Shown piece by piece: positions 9,491 to 18,604 of a stretch of DNA of 47,106 nt. Position numbers and translations under genes: made by a program. Position 1 is the first letter of the stretch; every line of letters starts with the position of its first letter. Location of the stretch: positions 1 to 47,106 of the forward strand of contig CBFIJD010000024.1 in NCBI GenBank assembly GCA_965662845.1, written 5' to 3'. The notes beneath the pieces were generated by a model. That model was not told the DNA's origin. It searched no databases and saw nothing but the letters and a program-made list of their open reading frames with translations. Source of the DNA: an uncultured bacterium. Its GTDB lineage: Bacteria; SAR324; NAC60-12.

Positions 9491-10447
9491 ATGATGATGG
9501 AGAACATCGAACGCACCGCCGGATTGTCCAAGAGCAACAGCTTGGCAATCATTGTGTTTCGGGCGTCTTGCGAAGAGAACAGCTCATTTTACGGCATCAA
9601 CGCTTTCAAAGTGCTGGAGATCCAAAGCGCGAGCAAGTTTGAGTTCGTCAAACCTCCCATCAACAATCCGCTCTTTGAAGGTTCAGTGGTGCTGCGCAAC
9701 GAAACGATCTCCGTGATCAACCTGCCTGGGTGGTTGGGCGTAGAAATGCCGCCAGAAGACTTTGAGCGCTCCCTGATCATCTTTTGTAACTTCAACCATC
9801 GCTTGGTCGGATTGCATGTGGCCGAGGTGACGCAGCTGATCACAAGGGAGTGGGACAAGGTGCGGCCGTTTGTGCCACCAGAGGGCTTGTTAGAGAACAA
9901 GAACATGAACTACACCTTCTTGCCCGATAACGAGACCATCTGCTTGATTTTGGATGTGGAGCAGCTCTTGGCGGAGATCATGCCAGAGATGGTGCAGTCT
10001 GCGACACGCGAAGTTGAGACGGTCTCTGAAGAGGATCTCTTCATTCCGCAAGCGCTGCGCGACAAGACCGTGCTGATCGCCGAAGACAGCAAAGTCGCGC
10101 AGATGTTCTTGAAGAAGGCCTTTGGCAGCTTCAACGTCAACTATCGCATTTTTGACAACGGCAAACTCTTGCTGGAATACATCACAGCCTTAGACAACCC
10201 CAACATGGACGTGCCGATTGTGGTGACAGACCTAGAGATGCCCGAAATCTCTGGCCACACCGTCGTCCGCGAATTGAAGGGAGACCCGCGCACACGCGAG
10301 ATCCCCATCATCGTGAACAGTTCCATGACCAACGAGAGCAGCGTTCGCGAAGTCCAAGAATTAGGCGCAGACGGTTTCATTGGGAAGCCAGAGATGCGCG
10401 TGCTAGTCGAAGAAGTCGTCAAACTCTACAACGCTCGTCAACTGTAG
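9491..10447 (+). CDS. cheV: Chemotaxis protein CheV (CheW + receiver)
   Basis: YGINAFKVLEI, IIFCNFN CheW domain; receiver AEDS...TDLEMPEISG...NSSM...FIGK; GGAG before ATG 9491. Confidence 0.9.
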   Translation: MMMENIERTAGLSKSNSLAIIVFRASCEENSSFYGINAFKVLEIQSASKFEFVKPPINNPLFEGSVVLRNETISVINLPGWLGVEMPPEDFERSLIIFCNFNHRLVGLHVAEVTQLITREWDKVRPFVPPEGLLENKNMNYTFLPDNETICLILDVEQLLAEIMPEMVQSATREVETVSEEDLFIPQALRDKTVLIAEDSKVAQMFLKKAFGSFNVNYRIFDNGKLLLEYITALDNPNMDVPIVVTDLEMPEISGHTVVRELKGDPRTREIPIIVNSSMTNESSVREVQELGADGFIGKPEMRVLVEEVVKLYNARQL

Positions 10448-11152
10448 GCCCGCGCCGCGGTCGGTTTGTGGCTCAAGCCAACACGATCTTGCCGCTGCGG
10501 CGCAACTGCGCAAAAACGCACCCCGCCCGCCGCCACCTGAAAATCCTCCCATAAACACCGTCATAGAATATTCAGCAGATTCTCAAAGTTTGGGATTTCT
10601 GAGCGAAGTTGCATTTTCTCTCTGTACTTTTGCCTAGAGATGCCCTAATGTTAGGGAATCGTTAGCGCAGCGGTCTCTGACCCCGCGCTGACTTGTGATA
10701 CGGATGGGGGAGGGGTGCCCTCTCCGTATCTTTCCTCCGATCTCCCCTCCCCGCTCGAAGCTGAGCGCCCCGGCTTCTTCTCCTCGCCAAACTCTACCAA
10801 ATTCACCAGACGCCAACGCTCACTGCCGACGCAAAGCGCCTCTGGTTCAACCCAAGCCGCACCAACTACCGATCGCTCCTCCTTGAAGTGAAGACGGAAT
10901 CTCCAGAAGACACTATCGAAGAAAGCAAGGCACCGGCACAAAGCCCGCAGGCACAAAGCCTTCTCTTGCTTGCAACCCAGAGTTTCTAAAAACCAGCAGG
11001 GAGTAGGGAAGGGAAAAACATCCGCTCTTGATGCGTTCTAGTCGGGTACCCGACCGCGAGCCTGTGCGCTGAAGCTGAGGCCGCAGCTTTGGGCGACCGT
11101 CCTGAGAGTGAAAAAAGCGAGGCGGGGAAGAGAGCAGGGCGGCGACGGCGTC

Positions 11153-13054
11153 TCAGTCGTCGAGATTCGTCAGTGTTCCCACGATGTGTCGCCCCAAGCG
11201 GGCATAGGCACAGTCGTGGAGGCTGGGATCGCAGTCTCCAGAAAGCGTGAAGTCGAGGAAGATTTGATAGGTTTGGTCAGCGTTGTCACTGTCGGCTCTG
11301 CCGCGAAAGTAGACTGTCTGCGTTTGGTCCCAATTCGACGCAGTGAAGGTCAGCTGTTGAGTGGCACCATAATCTGAGAAGCCTCCGTTGCTGCTGGAGA
11401 GCAGCACAGCTTCTGTCGGATCACTCAAGACCACCTCTGCCTGCACCGGCGCTGCGGGCTCCGTACCGAGCCGCAAGTGCAACCGACGGATGCTCGTGGG
11501 GACTTCATTGCTGTCGCTCTCGCTCGTGGTGTCAGCGGTGATTCCAGCGTGATCGGTGATCGCCGCCACAAAGCTCGGCTCTGGCGCATAGGTCACCTCA
11601 AGTTGTTTCCGCTGATAATTCTTCTCGCCATCACGCACCCACAAAAAAACGGTTTGCTGACGAGTGTTGCCGGTCAGCGTCGTGTGCGCGGTCAGCGGTT
11701 GTTGACGCAGCGCGGTCGGGAAGGGTTGCCAGTTGGCGTCTTCGCTGGGGGTGACGCCGGACTCGGTCAAGACAAAATCGGAGAGTTCCCTGTCATCGAC
11801 CGCGAGCGCGTCCACTTTGACAAAACGGGACGTTAGGGTTGCGGCCCCGTTGTTCACCACGATTTGCTCGACAAAAGGCGCGGTCACATCGTCCTGATCA
11901 AAGGCGAAGGTCTCGCTGCTAGGGCTAACGTTCCCAGCTTCATCGCGCACCCACAGATAGACCGTCGTATCGCGTGGCTCGCTCAGCGTGAAGTTGTCAT
12001 AGTTCGAGATCGCCCAAGCGGTTTCAGGGGCGTCAAGCAGCGTCCACGCGTCACTGTCCAGCGCGGGCATCTCGCTGGTTTCGGTGAGGGCAAACCCGGC
12101 GACGCCGAAGTTGTCGGTGGCGCTCAGGTCGAGCAGCAGGTTGGCGTTGGAGGTTCGGGTGGCTCCCCAACTCGTTCGCAGGGTGACATTGGCTGGCCCC
12201 TGACTATCCTCTTGCTTGAGCGACACCACGACGCTCGCGGCGGGGGACATGTTGCCCTCTTCATCTAAGGCCCAAGCATAGAGGGTCTCGCTCTGATGCA
12301 ACGGCGTCGGGAGCGAACGATCTGGTAGGGGCGCACCGCCGTGCGCCCCTACTTGCACGGTGCGTTGTTCCCTCACCGACCGGGGCGTGTTCTCTGGTTC
12401 CACCCTCCCGTTGATGTCGTCTTGGCGAGGTTTCTGGGGCGAGTTGCGAATCCAATAGTAGCGGACGCCCCAGTTATCGCGCGCTTCAAACTGAACGACC
12501 ACCGTCCCGTCGCTGAGGAGCTGCGCATCATCGGCAACCGTCAGCTTCACATCAAAAGGGGCTATCGTGTCTGCGCGGCTCATCGTGAGCGCCAAAGGGT
12601 TGGCATTGCTGAGGGAGATCGACTGCTCCGTGGAGCGTGTGCTCACTGCCGCGGTGGTTTGGTAGATGGGGTGGCTCTCGTTGTCGAGCCCTTGCACCTC
12701 CAGCGTCAGATTGTCTGCCACCGGCAACCGGCGCAGCCAGAGGTATTCGTTGCCAATCGAGGCGCTGAAGTTCACGAGCTGGCCGTCAATGTCACGCACA
12801 ATGCGCCCGTTCGCGTCTCTCAAAATGGCTTGGATCGTCGCGACGTTGGGCGGCAGCTCTGCCGTGGCGCCTTCGTTTGCCGCGCTGCGTGAGGTTTCCC
12901 AGCTCAGCTGCAGGCGAAGCACGGGCGAAACATCTTTCGCCCCTACGTCGGCAGCGCGTTGTTCGGGTTCTGGCGGCGAGCAAGCCCAGAACAAACTCCC
13001 CGCGCAGGCGGCCAACAAACTGCGGATCAAGAAAGAAGAAGTGAAGCGTTGCAT
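11153..13054 (-). CDS. Large surface lipoprotein with three ~100-aa Ig-like repeats and a C-terminal Calx-beta/cadherin-like module
   Basis: Lipobox LFWA-C; repeats begin DTIAP/DSQGP/DVTAP with AxDN(W/F)GV and YxWxxDxxGNxS motifs; LTFTASNWDQTQTV near the C-terminus. Confidence 0.7.
   Translation of the reverse strand: MQRFTSSFLIRSLLAACAGSLFWACSPPEPEQRAADVGAKDVSPVLRLQLSWETSRSAANEGATAELPPNVATIQAILRDANGRIVRDIDGQLVNFSASIGNEYLWLRRLPVADNLTLEVQGLDNESHPIYQTTAAVSTRSTEQSISLSNANPLALTMSRADTIAPFDVKLTVADDAQLLSDGTVVVQFEARDNWGVRYYWIRNSPQKPRQDDINGRVEPENTPRSVREQRTVQVGAHGGAPLPDRSLPTPLHQSETLYAWALDEEGNMSPAASVVVSLKQEDSQGPANVTLRTSWGATRTSNANLLLDLSATDNFGVAGFALTETSEMPALDSDAWTLLDAPETAWAISNYDNFTLSEPRDTTVYLWVRDEAGNVSPSSETFAFDQDDVTAPFVEQIVVNNGAATLTSRFVKVDALAVDDRELSDFVLTESGVTPSEDANWQPFPTALRQQPLTAHTTLTGNTRQQTVFLWVRDGEKNYQRKQLEVTYAPEPSFVAAITDHAGITADTTSESDSNEVPTSIRRLHLRLGTEPAAPVQAEVVLSDPTEAVLLSSSNGGFSDYGATQQLTFTASNWDQTQTVYFRGRADSDNADQTYQIFLDFTLSGDCDPSLHDCAYARLGRHIVGTLTNLDD
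12325..12352. repeat. REP palindrome inside CDS (in frame, VGAHGGAPL)
   Basis: GTAGGGGCGCAC-CGCC-GTGCGCCCCTAC, perfect 12-bp arms, same family as the 16896-17232 array. Confidence 0.9.
12919..12946 (-). repeat. Variant REP palindrome inside CDS (in frame, VGAKDVSPV)
   Basis: Minus strand GTAGGGGCGAAA-GATG-TTTCGCCCGTGC: 28 bp, GTAG foot plus GGGCGAAA/TTTCGCCC stem. Confidence 0.75.
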
Positions 13055-13057
13055 GGT

Positions 13058-13960
13058 TCAGAAACGGTGACGGAAGCCGAGCTCGCCAATCGGCTGTCGG
13101 TCTTCGTGTTGACGATACGCTGAATCCGTGAGCAGAGGCCACTGCAGGCCAAGGCGCACTCCCTGCCACAAGAGCACGCCAAGCTGCAGATCGACAGTAT
13201 CTTCACGGTTGACGAGACTAGCTTCTTGAAAAGCATCCGATGCCCGCCACATGAAGATGAGCCCGCCGTGAAATTGCAAATCAGAGGAGACAGCTTTGAG
13301 AAATCCGAAGTCCACACCGCTGGAGTCTCCAAAATCGTAATTGCGTGAGTCTTCTCCTTTGTGAACGTAGCCAGCCCCAAGATACAACCGCTCGCCCTCT
13401 CGTACGTTCCAGAAAAACTTTTGCGCAACAACCACCTGCCGCGTCTGTCGGGGCTCTACCTCTGCGTCGGCTGTCGGAAAGCGGACTCCGCCGAGCGTGA
13501 GGCTGTGGACATGGTCGCGCAGGAACTGGGCGTGCACCCCAAACCCCAGCAGCAAGTCGCCCCGACCGCTGGCTTTAGGACTGCGCCACAGCGGCTGAGA
13601 CAGAATCCACTGCAAACGACGCCACGTGCCCCCAGCCTCCAGTTGATGCTGTTGCAGCGCGTCTTGGCTCCGGATGTTCCACTCCGCATACACAGGCTCT
13701 TGCTCTAGGGGCGGCTGGGGCCAGCGCAACATCCGGTGTGAAGTCAACCACTCGCGGTCTTGAAGGCGCTGCACCTGCTGGCGTTGCAAGACGCCGGGAG
13801 CGTTGGGAGTGGGCTCTTCGTTGAACACTGGGCAAGCCTCCCCACTGAACGAAATGCACAGTACGGGCGCACGGCCGTGCGCCCCTACATGCGCTTGTGC
13901 GGGCTCGATTCCACCTAGCAATAAGAGGCCACAGGCCAGTGCGATGGAGAATTTCTTCAC
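13058..13960 (-). CDS. Putative outer-membrane beta-barrel protein
   Basis: Signal peptide (VKKFSIALACGLLLLGGIEPAQA), alternating amphipathic strands, terminal ELGFRHRF; start could be 13960 (GTG) or 13996. Confidence 0.6.
   Translation of the reverse strand: MKKFSIALACGLLLLGGIEPAQAHVGAHGRAPVLCISFSGEACPVFNEEPTPNAPGVLQRQQVQRLQDREWLTSHRMLRWPQPPLEQEPVYAEWNIRSQDALQQHQLEAGGTWRRLQWILSQPLWRSPKASGRGDLLLGFGVHAQFLRDHVHSLTLGGVRFPTADAEVEPRQTRQVVVAQKFFWNVREGERLYLGAGYVHKGEDSRNYDFGDSSGVDFGFLKAVSSDLQFHGGLIFMWRASDAFQEASLVNREDTVDLQLGVLLWQGVRLGLQWPLLTDSAYRQHEDRQPIGELGFRHRF
13861..13888 (-). repeat. REP palindrome inside CDS (in frame, VGAHGRAPV)
   Basis: + strand GTACGGGCGCACGGCCGTGCGCCCCTAC, one base different from the array consensus. 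Confidence 0.9.
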
Positions 13961-14090
13961 GATCTCTGCTTCTCTAAATGCCTCAAGGTTCGGCAAAAAT
14001 GTCCCTTCTCTGGACGCTCCAAGCGCGTTGCAGTTGCGCTGGAAGTCTGCTAAAGACTCTCGCTTTTTGTAACGTCAGCGACCTTGCACA

Positions 14091-14714
14091 ATGAAAACCA
14101 AAACCATCATTAAGGTCTGCGGGATCACCACGGTTGACGACGCGCTCGGCTGCGTAGCCCAAGGCGTAACGTGGCTGGGCTTCAACTGCTTCGCCGGCTC
14201 CCAACGCTACGCCACGCCAGAAGCGATCCGCGCGATGGTGGCTGAGTTGCCGCCAGAGACCGTGACCGTCGGGGTCTTTGTGAACCTGAACGCGACCGAG
14301 CTGCAGGACGTGATGCGCTTCACGGGGCTGCGCTACGCTCAGCTTCATGGCGATGAATCGCCGGAGTTTGCTCGGTCGCTTGCAGTGCCGTGGTTCCGCG
14401 CCTTTCGCGTCGGCGCCGCCTTTGAGACCAGCGTCATCGCTGAGTTTGGAACCGAGCTGTTCTTGCTCGACGCGGCCCATGCTGGCGAATATGGGGGCAC
14501 CGGCCAGACCTTTGACTGGGAGCTTGCGAAACAAGCACGAGACCAAGGCCGGCTCCTCTTGGCTGGGGGGCTGCGACCCGCCAACGTCGGCGCCGCCGTT
14601 CAGCAAGTGCGCCCGTTTGGCGTCGATGTCGCGAGCGGCGTCGAGTGGTCGCCGGGCCGCAAGGACATGCAAAAAGTCGCCGCTTTTGTCCAAGCGGTCG
14701 CCCAAGCAGAGTGA
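14091..14714 (+). CDS. trpF: Phosphoribosylanthranilate isomerase
   Basis: IKVCGIT, VGVFVN, QLHGDES, LLDA...GGTGQTFDW, LAGGL, GVDVASGVE. Confidence 0.95.
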   Translation: MKTKTIIKVCGITTVDDALGCVAQGVTWLGFNCFAGSQRYATPEAIRAMVAELPPETVTVGVFVNLNATELQDVMRFTGLRYAQLHGDESPEFARSLAVPWFRAFRVGAAFETSVIAEFGTELFLLDAAHAGEYGGTGQTFDWELAKQARDQGRLLLAGGLRPANVGAAVQQVRPFGVDVASGVEWSPGRKDMQKVAAFVQAVAQAE

Positions 14715-14767
14715 GCCCACCCTCTCGTCTCTCACCATCCTTTTCTCTCACACCACAGAGCCACCAC

Positions 14768-16897
14768 ATGGAAACTAGCGGATTCAGCACCTACCGAGGC
14801 ATCCCCATCGAGAAGATCGTCACCCCACTGCAGGCAGACACTGCGCTCAAGCGCATTCTGGAACAGATCGACACTCACAAAGGCGCCTTGCTCGTCAGCA
14901 ACTATGAGGTGCCTGACCGCTACTCTCGTTGGGACATCGGCTTTGTGAACCCGCCGCTGGAGCTAGTCGCTCGCGAGCGCAGCTTTGTCGTCCGGGCGCT
15001 CAACAAGAATGGCCGGCGTCTGCTGCCGCTGATCCAAGAGGTGCTGCAGGAACACCCGCACTTGGAGTCCTTCACGGCAGCAGACCACGAGCTTCGCGGC
15101 ACAGTGCAGCCCATGTCGGGTTGGTTCCCTGAAGAAGAGCGCAGCCGCCAGCCCAGCCTGTTCTCCGTGCTTCGCGCCATTCAAGAGCTGTTTCGCTGCG
15201 ATGAGCCGTACCTCGGGCTCTATGGCGCCTTAGGCTATGACCTCGTGTTTCAGTTTGAGAACCTACAAGCTCGCCATGAACGCCCTGCAGACCAAAATGA
15301 CTGCCACCTCTACCTCCCGACCGATTTGGTCGTCGTCGATCGCCAAAAAGAGCTCGCCTACAGCATCTGCTATCGCATCCACACGCCTAACGGCTGGACA
15401 GAGCCGCACCTGAACACCGGCGACGTCTTTCCGCTGCAACGCGGGACAACCAGCGACGTACAGTGCGATCATCAGGAAGGCGAGTTTGAAGAGAAAGTGC
15501 AGCAGATTCGGGCAGGCTGTCAGCGCGGAGATTTCTACGAGGTCGTGTTGTCGCAAGCGTTCTCGGCAGGGTTCGCGGAGACGCCCTCGGCGCTGTTCCA
15601 GCGCATCTGTGAGCGCAACCCCAGCCCGTATAGCTTCTTGCTGAACTTTGGAACCGAGCAGCTCGTCGGCGCATCGCCAGAGATGTATATCCGCGTGAAA
15701 GATGGGCGCTTTGAGACTTGTCCGATTTCGGGGACGGTCGCCGTTGGAGACGACGCAATGGAGACCGCCGAGCGCATCAAAGCCTTGATCGGTTCGGCGA
15801 AAGAAGAGTCCGAGCTGACCATGTGCACCGACGTGGATCGCAACGACATGTCGCGGATCTGCGAGCCCGGGAGCGTGACGCTGTTGGGACGGCGCCTGAT
15901 TGAGAAATATTCGCGCTTGATTCACACGGTCGACCATGTCGAAGGCCAGCTGGCGCAAGGCTTTGACGCGATCGACGCGCTGCTCACGCACATGTGGGCG
16001 TGTACGGTGACCGGCTCGCCCAAACCGATCGCGATGCAGACCATCGAGGACTTGGAGAACTCCCCTCGGCGTTGGTACAGCGGCGCGGTCGGCTTTTTGT
16101 GGTTCAACGGCTACGCGAGCACCGGCATGACGCTGCGCACCGTGCACCTGCAAGGGGGAACCGCCACCATCCGCGCAGGCGCGACCTTGTTGTTTCACTC
16201 TGATCCGAAAGCCGAGGAACAAGAGACCCGCACCAAAGCCTCTGCGTTTCTGGACGCTACGCTTGGACGCACCAAGGCGCGTGTGCAAGCCGTGCTGGAG
16301 CCAGTCAACGGACAGGGCAAGACCGTGCTGTTTGTCGATCATCACGACAGCTTTGTGCACACCTTGGCCGGCTATGTGCGACAAACCGGCGCGAGGGTGG
16401 TCACGCTGCGGGCGGGCTTCCCTTACGAGATGATTGATGAGATTCGCCCCGACTTGCTGTTCTTGTCACCGGGGCCCAAAACGCCCCGCGATCAGCAGGT
16501 GCCCAAGCTGGTGGGCGAAGCTGTCCGGCGACAGCTCTCCGTCTTCGGCGTGTGTCTCGGACACCAAGGCATCGCCGAGCATTTTGGCGGAGAACTCAAA
16601 ACCTTCGCGGAGCCCTATCACGGTCAGGCTTCCGAGGTGCAACATGACGGAACCGGCATCTTCCTCGGGCTGCCGCAGCCTTTCCGCGCCGCGCGCTATC
16701 ACAGCCTGTATGTCGATCCACAGACCGTCCCCGCCGAGTTGGAGGTTACCGCCAAAACCAGCGACGGCGTGATCATGGGCTTGCGGCATCGAACCCTCCC
16801 GATCACGTCGGTGCAGTTCCATCCAGAGTCCATCTTGACGCTGCAAGGGCAGGCGGGCTTGCGCTTGCTCGACAACGTGATGGGCACGCTCGGCTGA
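14768..16897 (+). CDS. trpE: Fused anthranilate synthase component I + glutamine amidotransferase component II
   Basis: YEVVLSQ, NPSPY, GASPEMY, KEESELTMCTDVDRND, TGSPK; C-terminal GATase DSFVHTL, SPGP, GVCLGHQ, RYHSL, VQFHPES; start at ATG 14768. Confidence 0.93.
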   Translation: METSGFSTYRGIPIEKIVTPLQADTALKRILEQIDTHKGALLVSNYEVPDRYSRWDIGFVNPPLELVARERSFVVRALNKNGRRLLPLIQEVLQEHPHLESFTAADHELRGTVQPMSGWFPEEERSRQPSLFSVLRAIQELFRCDEPYLGLYGALGYDLVFQFENLQARHERPADQNDCHLYLPTDLVVVDRQKELAYSICYRIHTPNGWTEPHLNTGDVFPLQRGTTSDVQCDHQEGEFEEKVQQIRAGCQRGDFYEVVLSQAFSAGFAETPSALFQRICERNPSPYSFLLNFGTEQLVGASPEMYIRVKDGRFETCPISGTVAVGDDAMETAERIKALIGSAKEESELTMCTDVDRNDMSRICEPGSVTLLGRRLIEKYSRLIHTVDHVEGQLAQGFDAIDALLTHMWACTVTGSPKPIAMQTIEDLENSPRRWYSGAVGFLWFNGYASTGMTLRTVHLQGGTATIRAGATLLFHSDPKAEEQETRTKASAFLDATLGRTKARVQAVLEPVNGQGKTVLFVDHHDSFVHTLAGYVRQTGARVVTLRAGFPYEMIDEIRPDLLFLSPGPKTPRDQQVPKLVGEAVRRQLSVFGVCLGHQGIAEHFGGELKTFAEPYHGQASEVQHDGTGIFLGLPQPFRAARYHSLYVDPQTVPAELEVTAKTSDGVIMGLRHRTLPITSVQFHPESILTLQGQAGLRLLDNVMGTLG

Positions 16898-17232
16898 AGG
16901 GGCGCACGGCGGTGTGCCCCTACTCATTTTTTCACAGCGATTCATCGTACGGGCGCACGGCGGTGCGCCCCTTCTCATTTTTTCATAGCGATTCATCGTA
17001 CGGGCGCACGGCGGTGCGCCCCTACTCATTTTTTCATAGCGATTCATCGTACGGGCGCACGGCGGTGTGCCCCTACTCATTTTTTCATAGCGATTCATCG
17101 TACGGGCGCACGGCGGTGCGCCCCTACTCATTTTTTCACAGCGATTCATCGTACGGGCGCACGGCGGTGCGCCCCTACTCATTTTTTCATAGCGATTCAT
17201 CGTACGGGCGCACGGCGGTGCGCCCCTACTCA
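16896..17232. repeat. Tandem array of 7 GTAG-type REP palindromes with 51-bp period (BIME-like)
   Basis: 28-bp unit GTACGGGCGCACGGCGGTG(C/T)GCCCCTAC at 16896, 16947, 16998, 17049, 17100, 17151, 17202 (copy 1 begins GAAG, copy 2 ends CTTC); near-invariant 23-bp linker TCATTTTTTCA(T/C)AGCGATTCATC. Confidence 0.93.
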
Positions 17233-17251
17233 CCTCTTGCCGGATTGAACG

Positions 17252-18604
17252 ATGTTGCGACTCTTCTTCTGCTTTTTCATAGCGCTGGCGCTGAATGCCT
17301 GCTCAATGCTGGAATCCAAGCCGGAACCTCCTCCCCCCGAAGAATTTTTGACGCTCGCGGACGTCTCCGGGCGCCCTTCCCTCAAAGAAGACTCCCCTGA
17401 CGTGCGGGTGATTCAAGTCAAGACCAAATCCTTTATCAAACGGAACGATATCCGCGCGGCCAAAGCAAAAGCGGTAGAGTTAGCGTCTGTACTCGCGGTC
17501 GATGAGATGGTGCGGGAGCTGCTCCCCGCCGAGACATACAACCAGAACTACGAGCAAATCGAGACCTATCTCTCGCGCAACGTAGACAACTACCTTGATG
17601 ACCGCGAAGTGATGGCTGAGCGCAAAATCTTCGACGACACCTATTATGGCATCGCCGCGGCCTTCAAGGTGAACCGCCAAAAAGTGCTCGTCGCGTTGCA
17701 GAAGGATTTGAAGCTGATCAACACCAGCCAGAACACCCTTGTCACGGTGATCACCAGCCGCAAAGACATCGACCTCGCGAGCGCAGGCTTTACCTTCTCT
17801 GACATCGAAGAAGCGATGATGAACCAAGTCCAGACCGACTTGAACCAGCGCGGGCTCCGCGCCATCGACTTCCGCAACGCGATCACCGCGATGCAGACAG
17901 ATGAGCAAGCCATCCGCGAACTTGGCTCGATCTCCAAAGAGCAGTTTATGGCCCTGATCGCCGGCTCCTCTGCAGACCGCGTGCTGATAGACGAACAAAT
18001 CCAGCTCTCCGAGGAGTTCTACACCACAGGGCTGAGCGTGCTGCGCTCGCTGGCGAAGGTCGTGATCGAAGTGAACATCTTCGCCGTTAGCGGCAACGTC
18101 AAAGGCGACCTCGCGCTCTCGCTGAACGTAACCGCCAAAAACATCTCCACCGGACGCGGCGGAGCCTTCGCGAACACTGTGATCAACGTCGCCCGACGCG
18201 GTGGCCCCAACACGATCCCTTCCGCGATGATCACAGGGCTCGTCCAAGACGCTTACCAAGACATGACGCGAGAGTTCCTCCCGCAGGTGATCAAAGAGAT
18301 GTCAACGATCTCCATCGACGGCGGCTCGCTCGTGGCGTACGACCTCGTCTTCCGCGACTTCGACAAGAACGCGGGCGGGCGGCTGCGACGCTTGATCCAA
18401 GGCAAAGAAGACGAAGGCTTCCGCTACATCAGCTTCGACAACTCTGTGCCGAGCATCATCTCGATTCGGGTGCGCCACGCGGGGCGGCTCGAAGAGCTGG
18501 CCGACAAAGTGATGAGCATGCTGGAAAGCACTGAGTATCGTGTGGACGAACCGATCATCGCGCCGGACATCCAAGACCTGGTCTTTGTGCGTCGCAATGA
18601 CTGA
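17252..18604 (+). CDS. Hypothetical lipoprotein
   Basis: 450-aa ORF with host-like codon usage; lipobox LNA-C after hydrophobic stretch; overlaps the malQ start. Confidence 0.8.
   Translation: MLRLFFCFFIALALNACSMLESKPEPPPPEEFLTLADVSGRPSLKEDSPDVRVIQVKTKSFIKRNDIRAAKAKAVELASVLAVDEMVRELLPAETYNQNYEQIETYLSRNVDNYLDDREVMAERKIFDDTYYGIAAAFKVNRQKVLVALQKDLKLINTSQNTLVTVITSRKDIDLASAGFTFSDIEEAMMNQVQTDLNQRGLRAIDFRNAITAMQTDEQAIRELGSISKEQFMALIAGSSADRVLIDEQIQLSEEFYTTGLSVLRSLAKVVIEVNIFAVSGNVKGDLALSLNVTAKNISTGRGGAFANTVINVARRGGPNTIPSAMITGLVQDAYQDMTREFLPQVIKEMSTISIDGGSLVAYDLVFRDFDKNAGGRLRRLIQGKEDEGFRYISFDNSVPSIISIRVRHAGRLEELADKVMSMLESTEYRVDEPIIAPDIQDLVFVRRND

Noticed and set aside
10643..10734. tRNA-Sec, SRP RNA or 6S RNA
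   Set aside because: No cloverleaf/TTC arm, no SRP GGAA loop motif, too short for 6S
10762..10764. Selenocysteine UGA read-through into the start-less frame
   Set aside because: No start codon recognised shortly upstream in that frame, no redox motif context and no evident SECIS hairpin just downstream
11041..11054. Perfect 14-bp palindrome GTCGGGTACCCGAC
   Set aside because: Single occurrence between convergent genes with no supporting context; function cannot be argued
15263..16384. Long antisense ORFs (e.g. 15263..16384, 17480..18259, 39270..40133, 13983..14738)
   Set aside because: Shadow frames opposite well-supported genes in GC-rich DNA, with no recognisable motifs
16896..17232. CRISPR array (28-bp palindromic repeats with 23-bp spacers)
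   Set aside because: Spacers are essentially identical, the repeat is a GTAG-type REP also found singly elsewhere, and no cas genes are in the window
16466..17400. Repeat-protein ORFs 16466..17233 (-) and 16912..17400 (+)
   Set aside because: By-products of the 51-bp (17-codon) DNA repeat; they overlap trpE(G) or the lipoprotein gene
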